Shown: in pieces, positions 1 to 16,915 of the stretch | Layout of the letters: each line of letters opens with the position of its first letter | Position numbering within the stretch: position 1 is the first letter of the stretch | Origin: the human T2T-CHM13v2.0 reference genome, Homo sapiens | Assembly: GCF_009914755.1 (NCBI RefSeq) | Contig: NC_060926.1 | Reading direction: 5' to 3' (one strand) | Length of the DNA stretch: 64,000 bases | Translations under genes and position numbers: made by a program | Notes under the pieces: generated by a model | The model's input: the letters and a program-made list of their open reading frames with translations, nothing else | What the model was told of the DNA's origin: nothing | The model's database searches: none

Positions 1-1720
<1,720 letters not shown>

Positions 1721-2117
1721 CCAGCAGCTGCAGTATAGGAATCATAAAATCAGCTCCTCACTTGCTCCAGGTTTACTCATGTCTCCCTGCACTAAAATAA
1801 TCTCTTTTGAGCCCATTTTCTCTTAAAATCTTCCAAGTTTCTTCTCACCTTTTCTCCCTCAGGAGCGTGACGAGGGCTTCTATCCTCCTATATTTAGCAG
1901 CTCCTGGAAAGAGACCCGTCCCTAGGACACATCTCAACACCCTTAGGAACTGACCACAGCCTGGAGCCACCGTGGCGTAGAATGTGGGGGAAACTTTTGT
2001 GACATGGTGCCAAAGCAATCATTGGGCCTCCTGTGTCACTCTCCTAAATCGAGGCCTGAAACAGCCTGGCTGAAGTAATTTTTTTTTTTTTTTTAAGAAT
2101 GATACCTAATGTTGGCT

Positions 2118-2880
2118 TGATAGGCAGAATAGAACATGACCCCCCAAAGATGCCCGTATCCTAAACCATGGAACTTGTGAATATGTTACACTGCATGACA
2201 AAGGGGAACTGAGGTTGCTAATCAGCTGAGTGTAGGAAGATTGTCCTAGATCATCCAGGTGGATCTGATCTAATGACACAGGCCCTTAAAAGTGGAAGAA
2301 GGCAGGAGAGTGGATCAGAAAGATGTGATGTGAGGAGGACTGACTGCTGTTGCTGGATTTGAAGATGGAGGAAGAAGGCCTTGAGCCAAGGAATGTGGTA
2401 GCCGCTAGCCAGCAAGAAAACAGAGACTTCTTCCTTCAATCACAGGGAATTGAGTTCTGCCAGCAACCCGAATGAGCAAAAAATGAATTTTTCCCTAGGG
2501 CCTCCAGAAAGTAAGGTGATATGCTAACATCTTTTTTTTTTGGGGTCTTGCTCTGTTGCCCAGGGTGGAGTGCAGTGATATAATCACAGCTCACTGTAGC
2601 CTCCAACTCCTGAACTCAAGTGATCCTCCTGCCTTAGCCTCCCATGTAGCTAAGACTACAGTTGCAGGCCACCATGCCCAGCTAGTTTTTAAATTTTTTG
2701 TAGAGATGAGGTCTTGCTTCCTTGCCCAGCCTGGTCTCAAACTCCTGGCCTCAAGCAATCCTCCCACCTCAGCCTCCCAAAGCACTGGGATTTCAGGCAT
2801 GAGCCACCAGTGCGCCTGGCCTAAAGCTGCCTGGTTTATAGCTATTTATAATAGTACAGCAGCAATGGAAAACTGAGATA
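2118..2880 (+). mobile_element. MLT1 (D/E-like) MaLR LTR interrupted by Alu
   Basis: ccccccaaagatgccc...gaacttgtgaatatgttac...gttgctaatcagctga; 3' end cagcagcaatggaaaactgagata. Confidence 0.75.
2532..2821 (-). mobile_element. AluJ
   Basis: Reverse Alu with J-type tcacagctcactgtagcctc and gatcctcctgccttagcc. Confidence 0.9.
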
Positions 2881-3903
2881 GTTGTCAAGGAGGCAAGAAA
2901 ATAGGACTTTCATAAGAAAGCAGGCTGTTTTATCAGAAAAGAATTCACTAAAACATGGATTCTCCAAATAGCCCGTTAATGGAATAAGTCAATAAATGTA
3001 CCAAATTTACTGATTTACAACAACACTGAAAGTAGCCTGTGGATTCTGGAGTACTGTGAGGGATGATGTAGGAAGGGAACCTTCAGAACTACTCCCACTG
3101 TTCAAATGGCTATGTGCTACTTCCAGTAATCATAGATGATTTATATGTTGTAAAAAAATAATAATATCAACTTGGTAGCAATTTTCAGAAAATCTATATA
3201 GCTCACAATCAAGACAAAACTGGTCAAAATATAAAAAAGAAGGTATCAGTGACAGACTAGAATCACCAAATCTGGATACAGATTCGCTATAAATATGAAA
3301 TTAACTAAGAGAGTCAAACACTAATTGGCTCCAAATAGTAGCCCAGAAGATGCGCCAAGCAAGAAAAGGGCAGAAACCATCAGAAGGATTTAAAATAGAA
3401 ACTGATATGCCATTGAGAAATTGACAAAAGAAAGCCCCAAATGACTAAAAATGGGAATGATAGAAAATGGCACGCAGGAGTCCAAAACAATCCTGTGAAT
3501 TCTTTACAGGAGAAATGATAAAAATTTAACAATTTAATGGCTAGAAATGCATTGAGGTTAACACACAATCTGAGGAATTAGCAAATGAATGCTAAAAATG
3601 CATGTAATTGAATAAATGTAAGAGACATTCACCAGCACACTAAAGAGATCAGAGGAAACAATACCATCTAATATGAAATTCTGACATTTTGATGTCTAGC
3701 AAGGAATACTTGGGATCTGAGGACTTAGTAGCAGTTTGCAGAAGAGTTGACAAAAAAGAGTAAACTGTTCCAGGCAGCCAAAAAAGAGTACAGAAATCTA
3801 GGAGAGATTACTTTAATGAGCAGTACAATGAGTGCCTTGAATATGACAGACATTAATGATCAATATACAATAGAAATATATAAAATACAAAAATATTAAG
3901 GAA

Positions 3904-4268
<365 letters not shown>

Positions 4269-4987
4269 CTAAGCTGAGAAACTATGGAGAAAGTAGCTGA
4301 ACACTGAACACTCATAAAAATTTTAAGTGTGGCAACAGAAAATGACATTAAAAAAGAATTCAAAACAAATCAGTAAAAACCGAAAGATTTTTGTTTAAAA
4401 TGACAACATTCTGGTGTCTAATGAGGAAATACACTTTTTGAATATTAAAGATACCCACACACAAAGCCCCATCATTTCAACAAACTGAGTAATCCGTAAT
4501 GCCTGCTTAAGAACAAAATGAAAACCCATCCACTCAGACTTGTTGGTGATCTCCAAAAACCACATGAAAACCTTCTTGCGCAGTAGAAATCTTTACAACT
4601 ATGTTAATCAGTACATTTGTTAAATTATTTACTCTGTTAATTGGTAGTTTGAAGAATTGGCTTTGGCTTGTTCTGTCTGTTCTGTCTGTCTTTGGCTTGT
4701 TCTATCTGTCTGTCTGTCACTCTATCTTCCTAACTGGCTATTTTGTGAATTGGTTATTTGATGAATTGGTTTTTGGAAAAATGGCTTTAGATCGATTCAG
4801 TGTTGGTAAATTCACCCAAAACCACTTCCTCCATGGCAAATGGGAAAGGCAAATAGATTTAAAAAAAAAAAAAAAAAAAAAAAAAGCTTTCTGGAAAGCA
4901 ATTTGGCAACCCTTGTTAGAAACTGTAAAAATGTGAATGGGATTCATTGACCAACAATTCTGCTTCAAATAAATTATTTTTAAAACA

Positions 4988-5328
<341 letters not shown>

Positions 5329-6365
5329 CTACATGGATTTTGTACCAGAATTATCTAATACAGTAAAATATTAAAGACAAGTAAAAATTTCAATAACAGG
5401 TGTTGGTTAAATGGATCAGCGGACTGTTATGAAGCTTTAAAATTTGTGCTGTGAAAGCACATTTGATGTCTTGAAAAGTTCTTCAAGCATTACTGTTTTT
5501 AAAAAGCTGTGAAACAGACTGATACTACTTTAGTAAACACACAAAAAAATGCCATATGCATGTGACTGAGTGGATAAACTCCAAAATATTTAGTTATTTT
5601 GGGGTTGGCATTATGGATAATTTTTATTTTCTTCTTTTTGTTTACCTGAATTTTCTAAAATTTCCACACTGAAAATGTGTTATTCTTTATAAAAAGAAAA
5701 AAGAGTTTTTAATCACTCATTAGCTTAGAAGCCAGGACACGCTTCCAAGGTATATGGCCTTATATAAGCCACTGTGCCTCTCTCCAAGTCTTCGTGTTTC
5801 TCATTTTCCTTGACCTTCACATCTCTTTCGTGGTCTTTCCCTTCCCTTCTTTAAATTTGGTTAGCGACCTACTACTTCTAGAAATTCATACCCCACGAAC
5901 TACAGCATTGCTTGGAGACTGTTTTTTAACACTTACATGTTGTATGCTGACATACAGGGTTTGCATCCTCTAACTGTTGAGTGGCAGGCACTCAAGGAGC
6001 AAAGGACACCAAAAGGAGGAAGACACTCCTAGAAGTTCAGACTCTAGTGGAAGAGACAGATATTTGATCAGAAATGGCACTGCAATGTGGAAAAACACAC
6101 TCATAAAAGTATGAGCAAAGTGGTCTAAGATCACAGAGGTCAGCAGTGACTTCTTGAAGAGGTAAGACTGGAGTTGGATCCTGGAGGAGGGAACATGATG
6201 AGCCCACAGTTATTGGCTATGACCAGGCCCTGTGGTATAGACTTTATGTGCCTTATGTCATATAATTCTCCCAGCAATCATACCAAGCATCCTCTCCCCT
6301 TCCCAACTTTTTCTTAAGCAGTTTAGAACACTGTAGTGTAAGAGGGTAAGTAACTTGCCCAGGTG

Positions 6366-6850
6366 CTGTGTGGTCACTCCTTGCCTTGTCCTCTTCTGCT
6401 GTCTCTCCCAGAGCACTGACCCCGGCAATCTACACTACCTAGACACCATTGCCAACTGGTTCAGCCAAGTGGGAGTCTGGAGGATGGGAGTTAGGGAGAA
6501 ACCACAGAAGTTTCTGCCGCCTTCCTCCCAGCTCCACGTAGCAACTGCAGGTAGTAGCTTCAACAGTGGCTGTTTGCCTCCTTGGTTCCAGCCCCCATAA
6601 ACCTTGACAGCCCTTCCTCAGTGGTCGCAGTTCCCATCAACCCTGGATTCCCAGGTTCTAGTAACCTACCTCCTCCTTTTGTCCCTCCAGCTTAGGCACT
6701 GCCTTCCTACATTCCATCTCTGCTCCGCCTCAGCCTCTCCTGCGTGGACTTGCAGCTCCACTGCCACCTCTATAATTAGTTCCTGATGTTAAAATCCCCA
6801 CATGAACCATCTAGCATGGCCTGTGTTCCTGAACAGATCCTGACCCATAT
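6366..6850 (+). mobile_element. Old ERVL LTR (LTR33-like) splitting a MIR
   Basis: ggttcagccaagtggg...ccttttgtccctccagc...; MIR sequence (taacttgcccaggt / tcacacagctaatcagtggc) resumes on both sides. Confidence 0.5.
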
Positions 6851-9800
6851 AGTCACACAGCTAATCAGTGGCTGAACTAGGATACTCATGGCTCTTGAAC
6901 TCCAAAGTCTTCAAAGATGGTAGCCCACAGTCATTGAATAGTTACTGAGTGTCAAGGTCTTCAAACGTATCATCTCATTTAATCCTCACCACAACCCTAC
7001 CAAGTGAGTGCTCTTATTATCTCCCATTTACAAGAGAAAAAGCCAAAGCCAAGAAACTTTCCCAAAAGGCACAGCAAGCAAGTTGGAGAAAGAAGAGTGA
7101 GACCCAGGCTGTTTGAATCCAGGACCTGTGTTCCTACCTCTTGGCTGTCCCAGGTTGGACAGAAAGGAGCGGGGAGATGGGAGAGATTCCTAAGAGAGGT
7201 GAGAGTTAGAAAAAAGGCAAGGGGAGCCTTGGACCAGTCTTTGACCTCAGGATTGCAGTTCCTGATCTGTAGTTTGAGAGGACAGACCTAGTCACCAATC
7301 CCCCCTTTCCTGGCACCCAACAGCAGTCTTGTCATTCTAGGCATCTATGGGAGAAGACAGTAAATGAAATATGCCAAGAAATCCAAGGTGTAGTGTTCAA
7401 TGGCCATGCCCTTCTCTGCACCTCCCTCTGCTCCTCATCTCCACCCTCCTACTTCCCATGGTCCTCTCTCCTCCATTGGGAAAAAGCCCATAATCCCCTT
7501 GGGAAATCCACCCATCCTTCAGGCTCCCACTGCCTTGGCATTTGCACATCACAGGGAGTGCAGGTTGCTCTGACTCTAATTAGCAGGTGCTGAGCAGTTT
7601 CCACATTTTTTAGTAAATATGTCAAAACACAAAATCCATTCATTCTTTCCTCTCCTCTACCCTTCCCCTCCTCTTGTAAAACACGCTTTTCTCTCTTGGC
7701 TGCTCAGTGGAGAAGTGTTTTTCTTCAGCAAGAGTGAAAGTGGCATTAACACAGGGAGTCTGGCAGTTTTACAATCCTTTTCAAATCCTCATCTGCCCTC
7801 CTGGTCATTCATCCATCTGTTCATTCGTTCATTCATGTGCCTTCTATGGGGCAGGCACTGACTTAGGGCTTTGGGTTTTATTGGGGCCTCTCAAGTATAA
7901 GGCTGGCATCAGCAAGGATCCCATAGAGACCCTCCAGGAGATCCCATTATCACCCAGGACCCAGCCAGGGCAATAAGGTACCATGGAGCCTCGGGGGACT
8001 TAAGCACTTAATTTCCACCATCTCTCTGGGCCTCCTGCTGGGGTGACTGGAAAACAACTCCTTAAATCAAGCAGCAGCTGGCTCCCTCCCTGCTGGGCTC
8101 TCCTCCCCAGCACCCACCCCCTTTCCCTCAAGTCCCTGGGTTGGAGAAGCTGAATTTCCAGCCGTTATCCGCCTCTCCCTTTCCCAAACCTCCCCTGCAG
8201 CCTTTCTTCCCAAGCCCTCGCCCCAAACAAAAGAAACAGGAAGTTGAGAGGGTGGGGCTGCTGTTCAGACCCATCCAATCCCTGGAGCTTTTCCACAAAG
8301 CCTGCTGCCAGATTCCTTTTACAGCCTGGGTGCTTGGAACCAGTCTTAGCTCTCCTGGCCAGAATGAGGGACCTCGGAGTGGGCTGGGAGGGAGTGGGGG
8401 TGGAATTCCCCATCTGAGTGTTGTTTGTTGTTGAATTTAGGGTGACACAAGAATATAAACCCCATAGTGATTTTGAAGGGCTGGCAGTTCGGTTTCACCA
8501 GGAATTCACACAGGCCTCCCTGGCTCTCCTCCTGCAGCCTTCTGAGGCTATCTTTAGAGAAGGGAGAGGAAGAGGCCTGGGGTGTTCCAGGCTTGAGTCA
8601 ACAAACCCCATCCAAATCCAGTCAAGCCAGCAATTTCACCTAATTCCACCAGCACCTACTCTTCCTTTGGCCTTTGTCAGTAGCCCCCCAGGGCTGCCAC
8701 CTGCAACAGTCTTAGCCTACCCTTGGTCCAGCCTCCCAGGGTTGACAGAGCATCTCCCATGCCCCTAGGACTTCATGGACAAAAAGGGAAAGGAAGTGGT
8801 CCCTACCCTTGAGGATGAGCTCCTGGCTGTAGGAGACAGAGCTGTCTATGAGCCAAGTATTTCAACAGAGAAAATACAGTGTTGGGGTAGGGACAAGGGA
8901 AGTATAGTATATAAAACAATATGTGGGGGCCACAGAATAGAGGCTGGCAGGGCCTTGGATGCTGCACTACCCCAGTCTACTCAGTGATATGAAAACTGAG
9001 GCCCAGAGAAGTGAGGCACCTTGTCCAAGGTCACACAGCCAGTCAGGGGCAGCACAAGACTCACACCGAAGCCCCCTGGCTTGGAAAGTTAAATGTCCAG
9101 GTTGTGAACTACGCCCAGTTGTCAGTCAGTCCCTCTTCCTCCTCCTCCCCTCACTCTCCTCGGATCCCCCAGCGTTTACCCTCTCTGAGTGGCTGGGCCC
9201 CAGGAAAGCAGTCACTGGAACTATTCGGAGGAGGCAGTGAGCAGTGCCAGCAGAATCATTTCCATTAGTTTATACCATTTTGCAGCTCCTCCAATCTGCC
9301 TGCTCCCTGCTGGTCCTTCCATGTCCTGACTGAGATGGCTGTTCTGTTTGTTTCCATTGTCTGAGAAATAAAATGGTTTTGATTACACCCACGGTCTCTC
9401 GTGAATGACTGTACTTTGGCTACCCACAAGGCAAAAGGCACCAGCTGCATCCCTCAACCATGGCTCCTAGAAGAGGCCTGCTTGCCTATTCCACAGGGGC
9501 TTGAGCCTGAGCCAAGGGAGCCGCCCAGACCCCACCCACATTCACTGCTGATGCAGACTGAGCCTGGGGAGAGGCAGAGCTGTGCAAAGGGTAGCATCTG
9601 GGAGGGCCCTCTTCTGTTAGCCTCAAAGGAAGGGGAGGGCAAGGCCAAGGAGAGGAAACTAATGGTTTTAAGGGCATAAGGCAAAACTCAGTCCACAAAG
9701 TCAAAGTCCTAGTAGGCTTAGTACCTACTGTGCACCAGATCCTGTTCTCAAAGCTGAGGACTGAAGCAGTGAATGGAGGACAGCAACACCGGTGCCTCCC

Positions 9801-11305
9801 GATGGGAATCTTACTCTAAATCTTTAACAACTGGACCTGCATAGACACCAATCCATCAGCCACCAAGTAGCACAGTCCCAGGGTCTCCCCTACTGGGCTG
9901 GGAATTAACCCTTTAGGTGCTGAATCCTAATTAGGTCTTGGGGGTCCCAGGGAGGGACTGGAGCAGCCAGGATGGTGGAATCCCAGATAGCAGCTGCTCA
10001 CCAACCAGCACAGAAGGACTGCAATATTACGGCAATATTAAATATCAGCCATATGCCCAGAGGGTCAGATGAGAAGGTTGGAGATGACTGTGGCAAACTC
10101 ATCATTAGGGGCAACCACTATTCAGCAGTGGCCCATAATTGCCTCATGGGAGGAAGCAGCCCATTGATTCTGGATCTTCCCATTTTTCAAGAGGAGTCCG
10201 ATCTGAAGTGTGTATGTGTGTGTAGAACTTTTTATTTTAAAACATTTGTTTACATAGCCAGACTAGGCCAAAGAAAATGTATCTTTGCCCATATGCCCTC
10301 TGAGAGCCCCCAGTTTGAGCCCTCTGGCCTTAGGGTACCAGGAACTGTGCTGAACTTTAACTGCAGTTAATTCCTCACAACGACCCACCAGGTTCTTGTT
10401 ATTCTCTCCACTTGAAAGAGGAGAAAACTGAAAATCAGTTTTCTATGGGGTGATGGGAGCCAACAGGAGAACTCATCTGGAACAAGAGAAGGCAGCTGGT
10501 TGAACCCAAATCTGCCTGTCTCCAAGGAGGAGAGAAGACCCTCTTGGGTGCAAAAATGTTTCTGTGCTCCAGTCGGCATGTGTCCTGTTGATGGTTGGGC
10601 TGGGGCTGAGGACAGGTCTGCAGAGGGACTGGCAAGGTTGCTAGGGGTGGCTGAGATGGGCCTAGGATGCCTGCAGGAATGGTGGGAAGGGGTGTGAACC
10701 TGCATGGAGAAGTGGGAATGGGGTAGGTATGTTAGAGAGATTCTGGAGTTCATTCTTGTGGGAGGAATGAGTGGACTTGGGTCTTAGTGAGGACTCAGAG
10801 ACCCCCTAGGAGGGGCTGAGGTTTTGTTTTCTATGATCCTGCAGAAAGGCCCACATGCCACCTTCTCTGCCCTGGCCCAGGGAACTGATTGCCAAGTGTG
10901 GCCGCACGGTACACCCTCCCTTCCAGGATGCCTGCTGCTCCTGGGTTCCAGTCTAGTTCCTTCCCAGGCCCTGGGTGGGGCCACCAGCTGGTAGGTGGGC
11001 TCTTGTGATCACCTTCAGCAAGACTGTGCTGTAGTGACAAGCATGAGAGCAAGGTGGGGCTGTGGGGAGGGTGGGGCAGGCAGAAAGGACTGACTGAGGA
11101 AGAAGCATGGGGACAGGAGCATACATGTCTGTAGGAAGAATGGTGAACTGTCCCCCTGTCCCAAAGGACTGGGACTGGTGGAAAGTGAAGGCTTAAATGG
11201 CAGGCTGTGACCAAGTTGAGGGATTCTTAAAGGACAAGGACCAGAGTTGAGATATTTCATTCAGCAGGCAATAGAGAGCCATGGAAGATTTGCTAGTGGG
11301 GTATC

Positions 11306-11681
11306 TGTCTTAGTTTGGGCTGCTATAACAAAATATCATAGACTGAGTGGCTTAAATAACAGATATTTATTTCTCCCAGTTCTGGAGGCTGGAAAATCTG
11401 AGATCAGGGTGCCAGCATGATTGGGTTCTGGTGAGACCTGTCTTTCTAGCTTGCAGACAGCTTCCCTCTTGCTGTATTCTTACATGGCCGAGAGAGCTTT
11501 AGTCTCTTGCTTTTCTCATAAGGACACTAATCCCATCATGGAGAATCTACTCACATGACCTCATCTAAACTCAATTACCTCCTAAAGTCCCCACCCTTCC
11601 TAATACCATCACATCGGAGGTTAGGATTTCAGCATATGATCCGGGTGCTGGGGGCGGTGCACAAACATTTAGTCCATAATA
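11306..11681 (-). mobile_element. MST/MLT1A-type MaLR LTR
   Basis: tgtcttagtttgggctgctataacaaaatatcatagactgagtggctta...acaaacatttagtccata. Confidence 0.85.
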
Positions 11682-13639
11682 GCGTCAGACACATTGTGAG
11701 GCTGGAAGCTAATATCTGAGCTCCTAACTTGTGCTAGTCCCTTTGTGTATCCTTTATCCAGCTTTATATGTGTATATATATATTTATCTCCATATTCCTC
11801 TGATTCTGAGAACAGCCCTGTGAGAAAAATATTAAATAGTTTCACTTTGCACATAGGGATATTGCAGCTCAGAAATGTCCAACAACATTCCTGAGGTCAT
11901 ATAGCTGCTGGTAAATGACAGATCAGGATTGTAACTGAAGTCGGGGGACTTTGTGAAACTAGAGGCCAGAAGAGTAGCTAGAAGTACTATCTGGATATGA
12001 ATAGTAATATCTGTAACTGCAATTGAGGCAGGAGAATCACGAGAGGGAATGAATGCTGGAGATCTCAGAGTGGGACCTAGTGAGAATTGATCCAGTATGG
12101 ATGGGGCCAGAGGAAGAAGCCACAGAGGATGGGGCAGGGGAGAGGGGACTGATGGGAACCCTGGCAAAACCATTAGCAATGTAGAGAATTTGGGAGAGAG
12201 CTCAGTTTTCAGAAGATAGTCTTACTATGATTTTGGAAATGTTGTGTTAGTTATAGAGGAATGGGAAGTGGCATTTTTACTTCCCAGCTTGGCAGTACAG
12301 AAAGACAAACTAAAACAGAAACTTCCCAACTTTTTAACTCATCCACAGCAAAACAAAAACAGAAACAAACAAACAAACAAACAAAAAAACATGTGACAAT
12401 ACTTGCTCTTCCTCTACATAATGTACTCTGACTTTTCCTATCCTATTCTACTGAATTTCATGGTGGGGGCGTGGGTGGAGAAGGAGAACGCCGGCTGCCT
12501 CTCGTAGAATTGATTTCATGACTCACAAATGGGGAAGGGCCCAAAGTTTGGCTAAGACTTCACCAGAAGCAGGGTGGAGTGGAGCAGCCAGTCCTCATGG
12601 TCACCACACACGGACTTTATGAAAGACAGAACCAAGAGAGGAATTGATATTGGCAAGAATGGGAAATTGAGAATACTTAATGTTCAGGGGAATCAAGGAG
12701 GGCAGGGCTTCTAAAAGGCCCCTTATTTTTACAATGAGGGCATCAGGGACCTTCCAAGGAACTGTTTCAGTCAGTGAGGGAGGTGGAAGCAAGATTGGAA
12801 AATAGGAGTAGGCATAAGGAGATGAAAGAGGGAGGGGTGTTAAAGGCTTGCCTGCATGCAGAGGGGAGGGAGCCAGCAAAGAGGAAGTGATTGAAGGTGT
12901 CCCACAGTGAGCTGTGTGGGTGCGAGCGGAGGTGGTAATGGATGGAGCCAAGTCCACGTGGAGATGGAAAATCCTGGAATGAGCTGGGACAAAGAGCACT
13001 CTGGGAAGGAGGCCGGGTGCTTCTTTCTCTCAGATAGGAAAGGGGAGAGTCTAGGTAAAAATAGATATTTACAGGAGTGAAGAGGCAGTGATGGCAAGCA
13101 GAAGGGGAAAGATGTTGGAATGTGAACGGCTGAACCCAATTTTCTCAGCAATGTAGAAGGCAAGGTCATCTGCTGAGAATGAGGATGGCAACTTCATGTG
13201 AATGAGAAAAGTTGGGAACAGCTGCTAGGAAACATCAACAAGTAAAGAAACAAAAGAAAGGCTGAATAGTGGGAGGTCCAGTGTAGATCCCTTGGTCTGT
13301 GAAACCTGTGGTTTGCTGGTTTGGAGGGCCTCTGCTTTCTCCCCACGAATACTGTAAAAGCACGGCCCCTTCTTCTCCCCAAGGTTACACATCGAGCAAG
13401 GGTTCAGGGGATGTTGTTGATTCCCTGCTAAAAGGCCAAAGAACACAAACTATTATACCCTGATTTTTTTTTTTTTTTAAGAATCTTGCCTCGAGGCTTT
13501 CCAAAATAAGCTACTTCTTTTAGATTTCTGATTCTACTTCCAATAAATCTCTTGACAGCACAGCCTAGCCCATCTGGACCAATCAATCAGCCTTTATCAT
13601 CAAGCTATATTTTTCTCCACTTCCCCCTTCCTGGGATTT

Positions 13640-13970
13640 GCAACCCTGTCTGCACATTGGAATAACCTAGGGAAAGTTAAAAATACCAATGCCTGGTCCC
13701 ACCCCTAGGGATTGACTTAATTGGTCTGGTTTTGTGGCTGGGCATTGGGAAAACCCTCCCAGATAATTCTAATATGCCAGCTAAGAATGAGAACCACTGA
13801 CCCCTTTGCTGCTCAAAGTGTGATCTGTGAATTAGAAGTACCTGCATGAGCCTGGATTCCTGTTTGAAATGCAGAATTTCGGGCTCTACCCCAGATCTGA
13901 GAAATCAGAATCTGCAATTCAACAAGGACTCCAGCCTTGTTCTCCACTGAAGCCTGAGAAGCTCTATGCT
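13640..13970. mobile_element. MER5A/MER5B hAT-Charlie MITE fragments
   Basis: ctgcacattggaataacctaggg...gagaaccactg; ctcaaagtgtg...aatcagaatctgcaattcaacaag. Confidence 0.7.
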
Positions 13971-14220
13971 AGAGAACTAACCTCTTAAATCCACCCACCC
14001 CATGTAAAATCAAATAGGAGGGTCTCCGAGATCACACCTCCTTATCTCTGAGCAGCCTGGCAAAGAGCTGATGTCTGCTTTTCCCTAGAGTGTGAAAACA
14101 GGCACCTATCAACCAATCATGAACAAGTGCTTCCTGACATCTCAGCAAGCAGACACTCAGTATTTGAGTGTTGTCTCTCGGGCTTAACAGTCTACAGTGT
14201 AGTTAGCTGGAGCATTCTTG

Positions 14221-14333
14221 TAAGATGACCAACTGTCCTGGTTTGTTAGGGACTGTCCCAATTTTAGCATTGTAAGTCTCACATCTTGGGAAATCTGTCA
14301 GTTCTGGGCAAACTAGAATAGTTGGTCATTCTA
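14221..14333. mobile_element. MER81-like hAT MITE
   Basis: About 113 bp with terminal inverted repeats taagatgaccaact...agttggtcattcta. Confidence 0.75.
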
Positions 14334-14935
14334 TGTCAAGCAACATTTTGAATCGATTTTAAGCCCTCCACCCCCACCCACCCACACACGCACAGACACC
14401 CCATCAAAGGCAAGCTCTGCTTCTTTGGTACCCACCACCCCCTCATGAACACACATAGCTAGGAACTTGGGTGTTTTTGTGCATATAGTTAATGCTTTAA
14501 AATGTTGGTTCATTCATTCAACAAAAATTCATTGAGTGTCCTCAGTGTGCCAGCCTCTGCAAAATACTGAAGTAGACACAACACCTGCCCTTATGGGGAT
14601 TACAGTTTAGAGGGGAATACAGAGTGATGATATGCAGTGGAGTGAGCGCTGTGATCACTGTCTGAGTGTAGGGATCTGCTGAAGCTTATAGGAGGAACAC
14701 CACACATGTGTGCCAGAAAGGTCTGAAGGATGGGAGAAATTAACCAGGTGGGGGCAAAGGGCATAAGTAAGGAGATGAAAGCTTCTAAGCAGAGGGAATA
14801 GTGGTCCATAGGTTGGGGCAAAAGAGAGCATGGCTCCTTTGAACCTGAAAGAAGTTCAATATTCCTAAGGAAGATACAATGAGAGGTGGGAGGTAAGGGT
14901 AGGCCATGAGTTTAGAGAGGTAGGCAGAGGGCAGT

Positions 14936-15322
14936 TGATAGGGTTTGAGTCTGTGTCCCCATTCAAATCTCATGTCAAATTGTAATCCCCAGTGTTAGAG
15001 GTGGGGCCTGGAGGGAGGTGATTAGATCATGGGGGGGATTTCCCCTTTGGTGCTGCTCTCGTGGTAGTGAGTGAGTTATTGCGGGGTCTGGTTGTTTAAA
15101 AGTGTATAGCAACCACCCCTTTTCTCTCTTCCTCCTGTTCTGGCTATGTAAGGATGTGCCTGCTTCCCCTTCACCTTCTGCCATGATTGTCAGTTTCCTG
15201 AGGCCTCCTCAGCCACGTTTCCTGCACAGCCTGTGGAACCATGAGCCAACTAAACCTATTTTCTTTGTGAATTACCCAGTCTCAGGTATTTCTTGATAGC
15301 AGTGTAAGAATGGTCTAATACA
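14936..15322 (+). mobile_element. MSTA/MSTB MaLR LTR inserted in L2
   Basis: TG...CA termini, gtgtccccattcaaatctcatg, attacccagtctcaggtatttc; 5-bp TSD GCAGT/GCAGC. Confidence 0.9.
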
Positions 15323-15645
15323 GCAGCCTATGAATGACCCTGTAAAACAAGTCAAAGAACGGTGGCATCATTCTAAGAGAAGGGGATCCACAGAAGAATT
15401 TAAAGCCAATTTTGAGAAGCAGACTTGGGTGAAAAATGATCAATCACTCTGCAATTCTGTAGAAAATAGAATGGAGAAAATAAAAATGAAAGCAGGAAGT
15501 CAAAACAAAGGCTTAGTAATCCAGGAGCAAGAGAGGAGGGTAGCTTGAACTGAGATGGTGGCAGTATAAACATCTCTTGAATCCATCCGTTTCTCTTTAT
15601 CCAGAGAGTAGAAGCCATAGAAGAACACGGTGTTTGAAAAATGCC

Positions 15646-15872
15646 GACCAGCCTGGCAAAGATGATGAAACCCCATCTCTACTAAAAATACAAAAATTAG
15701 CCGGGCGTGGTGGTGGGCGCCTGTAATCCCAGTTACTCAGGAGGCTGAGGCAGGGAATTGCTTAAACCCGGGAGGCGGAAGTTGCAGTGAGCTGAGATGG
15801 TGCCACTGCACTCCAGCCTGGGCAACAGAGCAAGACTCCGTCTCAAAAAAAAAGGGGAAAAAAAAGAAAAAA
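15646..15872 (+). mobile_element. 5'-truncated AluS
   Basis: Starts at GACCAGCCTGG; TSD GAAAAATGCC at 15636-15645 and 15873-15882. Confidence 0.92.
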
Positions 15873-16049
15873 GAAAAATGCCCTTGATGGAGATAGGGTG
15901 ACGGTAAAGACAGAGAAGAATTGGGGATTAGGCACAGGGTTCTTTTTTTTTTTTTTTTAACTTTTTATTTTGAACTACTTCCAGACTTACCAAAAAGTTG
16001 CAAAAATACAGTTTTCATACATCCCTCATTGAGTCTTTTCTAATGTTAA

Positions 16050-16915
16050 TGTCAGAGGCATTTTAACCAGAGCAACTCCATCTTGAATAGGGGCTGGGTA
16101 AAATGAGGCTGAGACTCACTGGGCTGCATTCTCAGGAGGTTAAGGCATTCTTTTTTTTTTTTTTTTTTTTTTTAGACAGAGTTTCGCTTTTGTTGCCCAG
16201 GCTGGAGTGCAATGGCGTGATCTCAGCTCACTGAAACCTCCGCCTCCCCGGTTCAAGTGATTCTCCTGCCTCAGCCTCCCGAGTAGCTGGGATTACAAGC
16301 ATGCATCACCACACCAGGCTAATTTTGTATTTTTAGTAGAAATGGGGTTTCTCCATGTTGGTCAGCCTGGTCTCAAACTCCTGACATCAGGTGATCCACC
16401 CTTTGATCGGCCTCTTAAAGTGCTGGGATTACAGGCATGAGCCACCGTGCCTGGCCGGTTAAGGCATTCTTAGTAACATAATGAGATAGGAAGTCAGCAC
16501 AAGATACAGGTCATAAAGACCTTGCTGATAAAATAGGTGGCAGTAAAGAAGCTGGCCAAAACCCACCAAAACCAAGAAGGTGATGAGAGTGACCTCTGGT
16601 TGTCCTCACTGCTACCCTCCTACCAGTGCCATGACAGTTTACGGATGCCATGTGATGTCAGGAAGTCCCCCTATGTGGTCTAAAAAGGGGAGGCATGAAT
16701 AATCCACCCCTGTTTAGTATATCATCAAGAAATAACCATAAAAATGGGCAACCAGCAGCCCTGGGGGCTGCTCTATGGAGTAGCCATTCTTTATTCTTTT
16801 ACTTTCCTAATAAACTTGCTTTCACTTTACTCTATGGACTTGCCCTGAATTATTTCTTGCTAGAAATCCAAGAACCCTCTTTTGGGGTCTGGATCAGGAC
16901 CCTTTGCCTGTAACA
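16050..16915 (+). mobile_element. MER41A solo LTR (ERV1), inserted in an L1 3' fragment and interrupted by Alu
   Basis: TGTCAGAGGC...AACCAGAGCAACTCCATCTTGAATAGG ... GGGGTCTGGATCAGGACCC...TAACA; TTAA TSD both sides; lacks the tandem GAS block. Confidence 0.88.
16153..16456 (-). mobile_element. AluSp-like
   Basis: Reverse Alu; TSD GGTTAAGGCATTCTT at 16138-16152 and 16457-16471. Confidence 0.93.
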